A DNA stretch of 64,000 bases from Octopus sinensis (lineage: Eukaryota). The notes beneath the pieces were generated by a model, which saw only the letters and a program-made list of their open reading frames with translations, was not told the origin of the DNA and did no database searches. Of this stretch, positions 37,232 to 50,094 are shown in pieces. Location of the stretch: contig NC_043019.1 in NCBI RefSeq assembly GCF_006345805.1, positions 22,257,360 to 22,321,359 on the forward strand, given 5' to 3'. The position numbers were made by a program, and so were the translations under genes. How positions within the stretch are numbered: the first letter of the stretch is position 1; each line of letters begins with the position of its first letter.

Positions 37232-38551
37232 ATACTTAGCATACTGGATGAAATACTTGGCAGCATTTCATCTGTATGTTCTGAGTTCAAACTTGCCAAG
37301 GCTGACTTTGCTTTTCCACCCTTTCAGGGGTTGGTAAAATAAGTTCCAGTTGAGCAGTGGGGTCAATGTAATCGACTTACCCCACCACACAAAATTTCAG
37401 GCTTTGTGCCTATATTAGAGAGAATTATTATTATTATTATTATTATTACTAATATTAAGTAATTTCATCAAGGACAAGTGAGATGATAGAAATTTGTTAC
37501 TCTCTTTTCTGAATTCAAACTTCCCTGAGATTCCACTAGAATAAATACCAGTTATACACTGGGGTTTATTTTATTGACTTTTTCTAGTGTTTTTGTGTCC
37601 AGTTTAACCTCACCTCCAAAAAGAAAAACACAAAGTGGGGGATAAATAAATCCCTATTGTTATTATTTATTATGAAATCATTATAGACTCAAAAGATTTG
37701 TGCTGGGTTTACAATGGAATCAAGTCCCAATTTCCCGTTTTATTCATATCAAACCCTTTAACAATACACGAGAAAGACTTGAGTGTTACACCATCCCGTT
37801 TAAAAAACTGGTTTCAATTTCACTTTATTGGGATTTTTTTGTAGTATCTGTACCTCAAACTCTTTACAACACTTAAGAAAAGCATGAGTATCACAACTTC
37901 CTATTTGACACTTCCATTATAAATTAAAAACTTAGAAACTTTGATCACCATGTAAGAAAATGGTCCTTTGTTTTTGGTCTGTTTGTGACAAGAACTTGGA
38001 GCAGAGACCCAGCTCTTGAAGAGCTAAGTTTCCTGTGATCCCTGTTTGTTTTTTTTTTTGTTTTTTTTTAAAAGTCAACCCCTGTTTATGACCCTGTCAT
38101 TTCTTTCACTTATACAGTGTAATGGTTTTGGAAAAAAAAATACAAAAAGAAGAAAAACACCCCAAAACCACCACCACCACCATTACCACAAATAACAATA
38201 ACAACAAAGGCACAAACTTTACAATATGTTTCTCATGATAATCATCATCATTGTTTACACATCCACTTTTCCATGTTTGCATTGCGTTGGATGGAATCTG
38301 TTGAGGCAGACTTCCTACGACCAGATGCCCTTCCTATCATCAACCCTCACCTGTTTCCAAGCAAGCCTAATAAATATTTCCTCATGGCCAGGCATGGGAG
38401 ATTAAAAATAAAGCACATCATCTGATTGACACTGGCACTCACATGATGTCAAGACAAGCATGCATAAATGCATACACACACATGCACATGCATATACACA
38501 TCTGTATGTATATACATACATTTTATATATATATATATGTATATATATATG

Positions 38552-38705
<154 letters not shown>

Positions 38706-38713
38706 CATGTATG

Positions 38714-38744
<31 letters not shown>

Positions 38745-39563
38745 ATATATGTGTATATATGTATGTATATATATGTGTATATATATATATATATATTGAC
38801 CGGCTCGCTTAGCCAGTGGGGTGGCGTCATTCGAAGGCTAAAGCAATGCGAATGCATTGTGACCAGCGATGTGTAGCGACATCTGATGGTCTGGTCAGTC
38901 ACGTGATATATATATATATATATACATATACATACACACAGTTAAGTATATGTCCAATCATAGAGTGATCAATGGTTTCGCATCCATAAAGTGCATAGCT
39001 CCATGGTCTTGTCAGGCTCTAATGGCAAAGGATGTACCCTTCACCATTAGAGTCTAATGAGTTGTCCATAGAGCTATGTGCTTTATAGATGCAAAACCAT
39101 TGGTGACTATGACCAGACATATAATTAACTGCATGTAAATACATTACTACTCTTTGCTTTAGAGTGTTCTTTTTTTCAGATATATGATACACTGAAGATA
39201 CACACACACACACAGTGGCTTTCAGTTTCTGCTGCCTAAATTCACTTGCAAGGCTTTGGTTGGCCTTGGGCTATAGTGAGAGACACTTGCTCAAGGTATC
39301 ATGCAGGAAGACCGAATCTGAAGCCATGTGGTTGGGAAGCAAAGTTGTTAACCACATGGCCATTCATGCATCCCTTAAGTAAATCCAGAGCAGCCGTTAT
39401 GTACCTCTGTCTGAAAACAATACCATTCCACTTTAACTCCTTAAGCATGTTGTAGAATGCAGGCAGGGCCTCTGAGAGAGAAATCTTGCAAGGGAAGGAC
39501 ACATGTTTATCAGGCTCCTTGGGAAAGAGAAAAGTATCAGGGCTGGACGCTATCCTACTAAAA

Positions 39564-39795
39564 GGCGTCGAGCTGGCAGAAACATTATCATGCCGGGCGA
39601 AATGCGTAGCCGTATTCCATCTGCCGTTACGTTCTGAGTTCAAATTCCGCCGAGGTCGACTTTGCCTTTCATCCTTTCAGGGTCGATAAATTAAGTACGA
39701 GTTACGCACTTGGGTCGATATAATCGACTTAATCCATTTGTCTGTCCTTGTTTGTCCTCTCTGTGTTTGGCCCCTGTAGGTAGTAAGGAAATAGG
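39564..39795 (+). mobile_element. SINE family C, young full-length copy with 13-bp TSD
   Basis: TSD tatcctactaaaa at 39551-39563 and 39796-39808. Confidence 0.92.
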
Positions 39796-40257
39796 TATCC
39801 TACTAAAATTCGAAGGAGCTGTGTGGTTTTTTTTTATCAAGGGCTAGTCACATATTCATGGATACCTGCTATTAGAACTAATGTATTAATCAGGTGCCGG
39901 TCCCTCCGCTCCAATACTACCACCTCTTCTTTTGGTGGCCCCTGAATGCAAGAATTTTTTGTTGAAACGACACATTAAAAAAACCAGCTTTAACCAAATC
40001 CTATGAACAGTTCTACACGTTTTTTTCACTTTCTGATCAAAGCAAAATGCACAAATATAGATTTAAAAAAATGGAAAAGTAATGAATTTTTTTTTTGTTT
40101 TATTTCTATCTCAACAATATTGAAGAATTTTATACTTTTACAAATTTTACAAGATTTTACTTTTTAACTAAATGTATATACCCAACAGATTGTATGCATG
40201 TTTATGAATGTGCATTTGTGTGTGTGTTTACATGTATATATATATATATGTATATAC

Positions 40258-40338
<81 letters not shown>

Positions 40339-40856
40339 GTGTATAGATATGTATATATATATATATATGTACATATATAGGTATATATGTATATGCATAC
40401 CTATATTTACGTATATGTGTATGTATGTATATATATATATAAATATACATATACATATGTACATCTATATATGTATTATGTACATACCTATATTTACATA
40501 TATGTGGATATATATATATAAATGCACGCATATATACACACATACTTAACATGTTTTAACCAAAATGTCATTTCTAATATCAACTCACTATTTTTTCCCT
40601 TGTTAGATTCACTGAAGTTGATAAAAGGAAAAAAAAGAAAAATGTGAGGCACTGTGGCTGTGAGTTTGAATGTGCAAGGTAGTGGTGAGGTGGAGGTATT
40701 GGATGGCTGGTGGTGGTGGTGGGTCTAAGCATTGGGTTGTTGACTAGAAAGCTGTGAGTCCAAATTTTGATCCAGCGATTAATTGATTTAATTAATTAAT
40801 TATAATAGTTATTCTGTCTCAGAAATGGGGAACATATTTACTCAGCTTTAATAATA

Positions 40857-41170
40857 GTGGAGGCCCAATGGCCCAGTGGTTAGGGCAGTGGACTCGCAGT
40901 TGGAGGATCGCGGTTTCAATTCCCACACTGAGCGTTGTGTATGTTTATTAAGCAAAAACACCTAAAGCTCCATGAGGCTCCGGCAGGTGGTGGTGGCAAC
41001 CCCTGTTGTACTCTTTCGCCCCAACTTTCTCTCACTATCTCTTCCTGTTTCTTGAGTAACGGTGCGATGGACTGGCGTCCTGGCCAGCTGGGGGGAACAT
41101 ATATGCCACAGAAACCGGGAAATCGGGCCCATGAGCCTGGCTAGGCTTGAAAAGGGCGCATAAGTAAATA
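40857..41170 (+). mobile_element. SINE family D2 (same tRNA head as D1, V-domain-like body)
   Basis: ggaggcccaatggcccagtggttagggcagtggactcgc...gatggactggcgtcctggccag...agaaaccggga. Confidence 0.75.
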
Positions 41171-42108
41171 AATTAATAATAGAAGGAATTTTTAATGATT
41201 TTTTTTCTTTAATGAATGAATGAATGAATGAATGATAATAAAAAAGAAAAAGTAACAAATTGTAAACGTAAAATTTCAGGAAAAATGACCCCACTTAAAC
41301 AAACCCTGATCACCTCTCCCCAAACAATCCTTCCATCAGATTGTGTTATTAGCTTCAGTGAACCCAAAAGAACAAGCAAAAAGTAATGCCTCACTTTTAG
41401 TTGTATAACTGATACTAGAAATGACATCAGTCTATAAAGTCATACCTATGTTTAATCCCCACTCTGTAGCAGTGAGACAGCCCTTTATAAACTCCCTGCT
41501 ATTGTCTATTCAAATGAGGGACCACATGTTTTTTTTTGTTTTTTTTTTAAATTAATTTTTTTTTTCTTTCACATTTAAAACCCTAGAAAGCATGTTCCAG
41601 AATTAAATCTGGGATAGTCATGTATGGCTGTTTCCCAATTCCCATTTCATGAGTTATTCAACTCCACCCCACTTCCTTTAAAAAAAAAGAACAAAACATC
41701 TGATATATTTCTGTGTCTTATCTGAGTTCCCAGGCCTATCAGTTAACCCGTCAACCATTTTTTTATATTGGTCTACCTCCGCCGGGACTGACTACATGGG
41801 TCTCTACTCAGATGAAAAAGAAAAAATAAGCTGGCAAAGGGGTGAATACCACTTGGCATTATTGACAACAACAACAACATCAATGCATGCTCTGAAGAAT
41901 TCCATTCCTGTAACCCTTCAAAATGCCAAGATGAAATATAGGGTGCAATGTTATGAAGAAAAACCCCAAAATGTTCTCTAATCTTTTTTTGATTTCCGTT
42001 GTTCTGTGTTTGTTTGATATAAACTATTCCAATGAAATATTGTTGGTGTTGTTCATTTTAAAGACTGTTGTGTACTTCTGTTATTATAATAATAATAATA
42101 ATAATTGC

Positions 42109-42265
42109 AGCCATTTAAGAAACACACAAAACCGTTAGATTCACTTCAACATTTAAATTTAATTTGTCAAAATATTTCGCGGTCTCAAAGCGACGAAAAT
42201 ATTTTGACAAATTAAATTTAAATGTTGAAGTGAATCTGACGGTTTTGTGTGTTTCTTAAATGGCT
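42109..42265. repeat. Fold-back with 69-bp arms and 19-nt spacer
   Basis: 42109-42177 is the reverse complement of 42197-42265 with one mismatch. Confidence 0.95.
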
Positions 42266-42374
42266 TATAAACACTTTCCACACTGCAATTGTTTTCGTTC
42301 CAGCACACGATCTCAGATCAAGTCACTCACTATGCAAGTACATCTCCGTAAATAATAATAATAATTGTTATTAT

Positions 42375-42903
42375 TATTGAGTGAGAGAGCAGTGCATGCC
42401 ATAAAAGTGACACTGGGGTACAAATAAATGAAGTCCAATATACTCACCATAACTGCTTGTCTGATAAATGTGTACTAGGCACATGCATCACAAACATATG
42501 TACGTGACATGGTGATCTCATATCAAGATAAACAGCGTATGACCTTGCAGGTGGGGCCCAGTTAGAATTTTCATCAGGTCGGGTAGCCCATCCCACTCAG
42601 AAGATCCCTGAATAAGGTTTGTTTGAGGATGATGAACAAAACACCCATGTTTCCAGAGGTGAATTATTCAAACCCCAAAGAATCCTTCTCAACACATAGC
42701 TATGATGTTCTCCCACTACTTCTGCTCATGACCAGCAATGCACATATTGTCAGCCACCAACTGGTTAAGGCCAAACAACTGACAAGCAAATCTGTGGTAT
42801 TGAGCAGAACATTTGTTGTAGCCCATCTTTTATACCAAGACAAAACAAGTACATGATAACACCTCCAATCAGTTAAAGTCAAAAGCCATGAGAGTCACCG
42901 CCT
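42375..42903 (-). mobile_element. Unclassified SINE-like element with (AAT)n tail
   Basis: Minus strand begins ggcggtgactctcatggc and ends gcatgcactgctctctcactcaataataat. Classification not established. Confidence 0.5.
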
Positions 42904-43450
42904 TCTTTGGAGCAGGTGAGGAGTGGTGTTTTCACAGCATGGATTATCTCTTTGTCTGTGGTTCAAAGTGATGACCCCAACACTCATCTTGGGTTATGTA
43001 ACATTCAAGGAAACCAGCTGGATCTGCTGCAAGTAATGTCAGATTTTTCCCATGATGTGATCAGACTAGTGTGCTTCAGATCAGGCGTTAGAAGACATGG
43101 CATCCACCAAGCAGAAACATTTATCATGGCAAGTTCAAAGTACAGATTATTATTAATCTCTCTCACGGGATATGCTAATAGCACTGGCTGTTTGATTTAT
43201 AGTTAATTATCTATCATCCATCACCATGTGGAGCTACATACTTGTTGCATGTGTGTACATGTGCATGTGTGTGTGTGTATGCATGTGTGTGTATGTGGTA
43301 TAACTTGTTTATCAGTTTTAATTACAATTACAAAATATTTCAAAAGACGAGGAGGTCAGGTTGACATGCATTGAGATTGGTATGCATACATTCATGTATA
43401 CACATATACATATACATGCATCCATATATACTTGTTTGCATATATACATT

Positions 43451-43481
<31 letters not shown>

Positions 43482-43489
43482 GTCATCAT

Positions 43490-44130
43490 GGCATTGACTG
43501 ATGAAGCATGATGTTGTTGCTAGGATACTATATAATGAGATCCATTAAAAGGATAATTCTGAGGCCAAAGAAATAAGAATCTATAGTATGGTAGAAGCCA
43601 TAGCCACTCATAATAAAAAGGAGTACTGGTGGAATGTTCCAATGAAAACCTCAATAAAATGTAAACATAATAGACCTGACATTGTGATTTGGAATAGAGA
43701 AGACAAACTATATACAGTTGTGGAAATCAGCTGTGCAGCAGATGTTAACATAAAGCCAAAGATCAGTGAAAAAGAAAACACCTACTCTGCACTACTGAGG
43801 TATTTGCAGTTACTCAATCCAAATTACAAGTTCAGGTTTATACCTGTAATTATTGAGGCACTGGGATATGTAACACACTGCTTAAATACCAAACTTGAAA
43901 AATTAGGCTTCTCAAAACCAGGAAGGAGAAAGCTGATTTGAAGATTACAGATCCAAGCTGTCACTGGAACTAAAAATCTGTAAAACTTTCCTGAAGCTTA
44001 TTGTGTAAGAATATATGAGAATGTCTAGACATGCAACTATTTGCATGAGAAGACACACATAAAACGAAACACCAGCCTACACATAATACATTCAAACAAA
44101 AATACCCTGTTGATGTTGTTGAAATTCCAA
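43490..44130 (+). mobile_element. RLE-clade non-LTR retrotransposon 3' end (PD-(D/E)xK nuclease remnant)
   Basis: KHDVVARILYNEIH*...KCKHNRPDIVIWNREDKLYTVVEISC...EKENTY...FIPVIIEALG with in-frame stops. Confidence 0.82.
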
Positions 44131-44144
44131 TATATATATATATA

Positions 44145-44453
44145 CTAGCAGTATCGCTCGGCGTTGCTCGGGTTTGTAAGGGAAATAACTATATAAGCAT
44201 TTTTAGAGAGTTACCTCCCTTATATAAACCGAGCAAAAAATTCATTAAAAATGCGAAAAAATGATGGCAATTTTTTTTAAAAATCGTAGACTCATCGTAG
44301 ACACGCACTAATACCCAGAAGGGCTCGATATGAATCACGACTATAAGATACTCGCTTTTGGTTAAACTGCACCGCAAAGTATGGGAGTAGTTAGGAATCT
44401 AAATCGGAGGAGACAGACTCTCACATACACAACTTCAGTTTTATATATAAAGA
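44145..44453 (-). mobile_element. Non-autonomous Helitron-like element
   Basis: Minus strand A|TC start, subterminal GC hairpin, CTAG|T end; same family as 53418-53807. Confidence 0.82.
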
Positions 44454-45442
44454 TATATATATTTGTGTGTATACACACACACACACTCACACATACACAT
44501 ACAGGCAGGCAGGTAGACAGATAGACAGGAACCATTCTTTCTCTAAAAACCTATTAGGACACATTGGATAAGATAGTCCTAGAAAGATTATGTTGGAAGG
44601 AAAATAAACAAGATGATCAAGAGTGAAATACACTTGATCAAAGGCCTGCTTGATAAGGTCTGACTTAGGGCTAAAAAATACAATGGTAATGAGATAATAC
44701 TGGAGCCTCTATGTGGTTGCTTGACATGCTAAAAATAACAACAGAATCTACCTTATATATTATGCTATGATTAAAAAGGAAGGACATCTTCCTAAATAAA
44801 TGGAAGATGGATTTAACAGTTTGTGGTGTTTGTTGTGTGGTGTAATTGGTAGAAGCACTTTGAGGTTAAAATGGATGGGAATGTAATGGCTGGAATGTCT
44901 TTGACGGGTTTCTGTTACAGTGAATGTCATAGTTGGAACACTTTGATCATGAGTCTTGTTTGAACAGGAATGTCCTAGGGTTAAAGAATAAGAACTCTTT
45001 ATGATTTACATCAATAAAGAATATGAAAGAAAGGAAGGTTGAGAACCACATGAAAAGATAAAGCTTGACTGTGTTCTAAGATAATAAACATATCTGCACT
45101 TGCATAGATGCTCTTGACAGAAGAGGTGATGCATCTGTCAGTGAACATTATTATTATTGCAGCAATGAAACAAGTGGATCATGTATTGAAGCTGCAGAAA
45201 TGTTAAGGAAGAAAATAATTAATGAACAGATAGGGGCAGAAAACAGCAGAAACTGCAGGTCCAATTATATATATATACAAAATTTAGAGGATTTTGTATG
45301 TAACACAATTTTTAATCTTTGGATTTTTTAAAAAATATGCTAAGCCACTGGTTTTAATTGATTAATATCAATTTCTACCCTTATTATTAATTTTATATAA
45401 TATATATATATATATATATATTATATATTATATATATATATA

Positions 45443-45672
45443 TACAGGGAGAATTCACAAAAAAAACAAAGACGAAGACAGGTGGTGTAGACAACAAACA
45501 GATGTATTAGTATAATGCTCGGGAAGTGAAAAAGTCTTTAACGTTTCGAGCCTACGCTCTTCCACAGAAAGGAACACAAAAAGAAACAAGGAGAGAAAAT
45601 AAAGAATGTGTAGTGGCAAGCGATCTATCATTGTGAATGCCGGACAGAGGAGTCACACAGGAGAGTGAGTGA
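45443..45672 (-). mobile_element. Penelope-like pLTR fragment with variant hammerhead (45533-45572)
   Basis: Minus strand CCUUU-CUGUGGA-A-GAGC-guag-GCUC-GAAACGUU-AAAG; (TA)n on both flanks. Confidence 0.55.
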
Positions 45673-45687
45673 ATATATATATATATA

Positions 45688-45916
45688 TAGGGTTGGCCAA
45701 AAGTCACCTGGCAGTAAATCGAAAATCCATAAATACTATCTGTAATTCTGTATTGACTCAAATAGAAAAATGTGTCACCCAAGAAAGACTTCAGTTTGAA
45801 CAATTTTCATGATGTTTCATATTTAGATGCTTTTATTAAATTCATTCAGTTGTTAGACATAAACCTTGGAATAAAATGGTTTTGATTTACTGTCAGGTGA
45901 CTTTTGGCCATCCCTG
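45688..45916. mobile_element. Tc1/mariner-type MITE with TA TSD
   Basis: TIRs agggttggccaaaagtcacctggcagtaaatc / gatttactgtcaggtgacttttggccatccctg|TA. Confidence 0.87.
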
Positions 45917-46123
45917 TATGTCAGTCATTAAGATAGTGCTTGCTGTGGCTATTGAGTTGTTTTGACTCCTGTTTCTAGCAATACAGGTGCTGATTAGTAC
46001 CCTTAGTCACTTTAGTGACGTATATGTTTCTACCTTTAGGTAGAAACATATACGTCACTAAGTGACTTTTGCAACCTTTAGGTTGTAAAATTGTGTATTA
46101 GCCACCCATATTATCAATATATA

Positions 46124-46167
<44 letters not shown>

Positions 46168-46199
46168 TATATATATATATATAATATATATATAATCAA

Positions 46200-46330
46200 A
46201 ATAAGCAACAAGAATATCTTTGGTAATTTGGTACGATCGTTTCACGCTACATCATTTTATTAAACATTGTAAGTATTACAACAGTTTGAGCAATCATCAG
46301 CTATTTATAGAGGTTTTCCTTTACTAGCTC
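46200..46330 (-). mobile_element. Penelope-like fragment with degenerate hammerhead (46228-46304)
   Basis: Minus strand CUGAUGA-UUGCU...AGCGU-GAAACGAUCGUA; same ACGAUCGU palindrome as at 10.8 kb; (TA)n on the left. Confidence 0.5.
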
Positions 46331-46845
46331 AGTGCTGGTGGGACATAAAAACCACTAAATGATCATGACTGATGTCAGTATCCCCTGACTGACTCCTGTG
46401 CTGGTGGCACATAAAATTCACCATCATTGCCAGGCCTACCTTACTGGCTCCTGTGCTGGTGGATCATAAAAAGCATCCACTATACTCTTGGTGTGGTTGG
46501 CATTAGGAAGGGCATCCAGTTGTAAAAACTCTGCCAGACCAGATTGGGGCCTAGTGCAGCTGCTGGCTCTCCAAACCTCAGAAAACTGTCCAACCCATAC
46601 CAGCATGGGAAACGAACGTTAATCAATGATGATGATGATGATGATATGATGATGAAACAAGTGACTTCAAAGTCTTGGCCTGCTAAGCCATCATTGGAAA
46701 CTTTGAAGTCATTGTCAACAAAATCCATGTTTAAGAGTAATAAATTTTTAGTTTTCAAAAGTATAGCATAATCCCTCAGAATAATGGAATATTGGTTTTA
46801 TTATATTTGAACATAAATACAAATATTATATATATATATATGTAC

Positions 46846-46919
<74 letters not shown>

Positions 46920-46920
<1 letters not shown>

Positions 46921-47308
46921 TTAATCCAAACATGAAAACACAAAGAGAAAACACAACAACGCGAGGACGTGGAACAAGTATAGTGTTACTGGACACTCAG
47001 GAAAGGAAAGAAAGAAGGAGAATTTAATGTTTCGAGCGGAGCTCTTCATCAGAAACATAGGAAAGGGAAAGATCCAAGGAAGGGAAGACGGAGGAAAAAA
47101 ATATTCGCCAACGATACACATGTGGTTACATATTGAATGACCAGAAGGGAATGGGTGAAGAAAAAGTTCTTTCAAAGACAGGAGAGTGCAGGCATGATGA
47201 GAGTGTGTGAATGTCTGTGTAAGTGTAAATGGTGGCGTCAAAAGGAGAAAATTGGAAGCAGAAGAAGAAAGGTAAAAAGAGGACGAGAAAAAGTGGAAGA
47301 GTCACGAT
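46920..47308 (-). mobile_element. Penelope-like pLTR fragment with hammerhead (47021-47058)
   Basis: Minus strand AUGUUU-CUGAUGA-A-GAGC-ucc-GCUC-GAAACAUU-AAAU; (TA)n on both flanks. Confidence 0.6.
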
Positions 47309-47607
47309 ATATATATATATAATTGTAGTTATACAAGAATGAGAGGTAGAAAAAGACTTTGTACCTAATTTTCAGCACAAGTTCATTTATTTGTAAAGAA
47401 GATAATTAAATCACATCTCTCAATCTTTTCCCTGGTTTTATCCAGATATTTAAATATACATTTGTTAGATTTATTATCAGTGAAATCAGTAGAGATAAGA
47501 AAACCTTTGACTCTCCTGAAGAGCTGTTATCATTTTGCTTCTTTTTGGTGGGGAATAAGGATAATCGTGGTGGTGATGGTGATGGTGTTGGTAGTGATGG
47601 TGGTGAT

Positions 47608-47646
<39 letters not shown>

Positions 47647-47864
47647 ACCAATCAGATATTTTATGAGATAAATGATTTTTTTTCTCTCTTTAATCTGTGT
47701 CCATTTGTGAGTCTATTAACTATCTCAGTGTGTCAAAGTGTCTGGCTGTCTGTGTGTATATGTGTATTTGTTTCTGTCTTTCCCTCCCTCTTTCCCCTCT
47801 TTTATCTTCTCTGTCACATTATTTTCTTTATCAAACATCAGTTTATCATTCTGTCTATCTGCCC

Positions 47865-48302
47865 ATCTACCTGTCTGCCTACCTGCCTGCCTACCTGCCT
47901 GCCTGCCTGCCTACCTGCCTGCCTACCTGCCTGCCTACCTCCCAGCCTATCTGCCTGCCTGCCTACCTGCCAGCTTACCTGTCTGCCTACCTGCCTACCT
48001 ACCTGCCTGCCTACCTGCCTACCTGCGAGCCTACCTGCCTGCCTACCTCCCAGCCTATCTGCCTGCCTGCCTACCTGTCTGCCTACCTGCCTGCCTACCT
48101 GCCTGCCTACATGCCTACCTGCCTGCCTACATGCCTGCCTTCCTCCCAGCCTATCTGCCTGCCTGCCTACCTGCCAGCTTACCTGTCTGCCTACATGCCT
48201 GCCTACCTGCCTACCTGTCTGCCTACCTGCCTGCCTACCTCCCAGCCTATCTGCCTGCCTGCCTACCTGCCTGCCTACATGCCAGCCTACCTGCCTGCCT
48301 AT
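47865..48302. repeat. (CCTG/CCTA)n tetranucleotide array with higher-order unit (cctcccagcctatctg recurs 4 times)
   Basis: Direct reading; explains the C/L/P ORFs at 47545-48415. Confidence 0.93.
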
Positions 48303-48914
48303 TGGTTTTTAAGTCTGTCCCCCTGTTTGCCTGTCTCATCGATCCCTCTTACTTGTTTCAGTCATTAGACCGTGGCCATGCTGGGGCACTGCTTGGAAGA
48401 ATTTTAGCTGAATGAATCAACCCCAGTACTTATTTATTTATTAAACCTGGTACTCATTCTATTGGTCTCTTTTGCTGAACCTCTAAGTTACTGGGACATA
48501 AACACACCAACACTTGTTGTCAAGTGGTGATTGGGGGACAAATACAGACACAAAGACACACACACACACACACACAGACTCAGACACACACATATGACAG
48601 GCTTCTTTCAGTTTCCACCTATCAAATCTACTCACAAGGTCTGAGGCTATAGTAGAAGGCACTTGCCCAAGGTGCCATGAAGTGGGACTGAACCCGGAAC
48701 ATGTGTTTGGGAAGCAAGCTTCTTTATTTCATCAAATTTGCCACAAGGGCAGTACAGAGAAGCAATGGGGGCTGGACAAACACATTAATGAGATGAGGAA
48801 TGATATGTATGAATGTAAAAAATGGGAGGGGTATTCGGTGCCCGCCAACCGAACACCCCTCGAAATCACAGTTTCTTAACAATATACAATAATTAAAAAT
48901 ATATCAATATACAT

Positions 48915-49325
48915 CAGGAGTGGCTGTGTGGTAAATAGCTTGTTTACCAACCACATGGTACCGGGTTCAGTCCCACTGCGTGGCACCTTGGGCAAGTGTC
49001 TTCTACTATAGCCTCGGGTCGACCAAAGCCTTGTGAGTGGATTTGGTAGACGGAAACTGAAAGAAGCCCATCGTATATATATATATATATTTATATATAT
49101 GTATATGTGTGTGTGCGTGTATGTTTGTGTTTGTCCCCCTAGCATTGCTTGACAACTGATGCTGGTGTGCTTATGTCCCCGTCACTTAGCGGTTCGGCAA
49201 AAGGGACCGATAGAATAAGTACTGGGCTTACAAAGAATAAGTCCTGGGGTCGAGTTGCTCGATTAAAGGCGGTGCTCCAGCATGGCTGCAGTCAAATGAC
49301 TGAAACAAGTAAAAGAGTAAAGAGT
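48915..49325 (+). mobile_element. SINE family A, full length
   Basis: caggagtggctgtgtggtaaatag...gactgaaacaagtaaaagagtaaagagta. Confidence 0.9.
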
Positions 49326-49519
49326 AATGCTTTTCAATTACAAAAATAAATTACAAAAATTAACCCTCATCCGAAACCCTGCCGACATCAGACAAACCTG
49401 CATCGTTGAGGCGGGGTCCATGATGAGGAAGGTATAACTCTCTATTGAGAAGCTCCCCTTCATACCACACAGCCACACCTGTGCCTATAGCGTATTACTA
49501 TATATGTCTGTCTCTGTCT

Positions 49520-49937
49520 CTTTCTCTCTTTTACTTGTTTCAGTCAGTTGACTGCGGCCATGCTGGAGCACCGCCTTTAGTTGAGCAACTCGACCCTGGG
49601 ACTTATTCTTTGTAAGCCCAGTACTTATTCTATAGGTCTCTTTTGCCGAACCGCTAAGTGATGGGGACATAAACACACCAGCATCGGTTGTCAAGCAATG
49701 CTAGGGGGACAAACACAGACACACAAACATATACACACACATACATATATATATATACATACACATATATACGACGGGCTTCTTTCAGCTTCCATCTACC
49801 AAATCCACTCACAAGGCTTTGGTTGGCCCGAGGCTAAAGCAGAAGACACTTGCCCAAGATGCCACGCAGTGGGACTGAACCCAGAACCATGTGGTTGGTA
49901 AGCAAGTTACTTACCACACACCCACTCCTGCGCCTAC
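49520..49937 (-). mobile_element. SINE family A, full length, inverted relative to 48915-49325
   Basis: ctcttttacttgtttcagtc...accacacacccactcctgcgcct. Confidence 0.9.
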
Positions 49938-50094
49938 ATTTGTCTGTCTAGCTGCCCAATTATCTGTCTATTTGTCTGTCTGTCTGTCTATCTGTCAGAC
50001 TGTCTCAGTCTGTCTACCTCTCTGTCTATATTTGTCTATCTAGCTGTCCAATTAGCTATTTGTCTGTGTATCTATCAGTCTGTTTGCCCATCTA

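Noticed and set aside
31552-38300. PAQR3 polyadenylation site
   Set aside because: No unambiguous AATAAA near the stop; distant candidates (about 37540 and 37645) cannot be assigned without transcript data.
42280-42350. Hammerhead-like CTGAGA...GAAAACAATTG on the minus strand
   Set aside because: The core spacing is wrong and there is no UH cleavage site pairing with A15.1.
47545-48415. 223-255 aa CLP-repeat ORFs
   Set aside because: Products of the CCTG/CCTA array.
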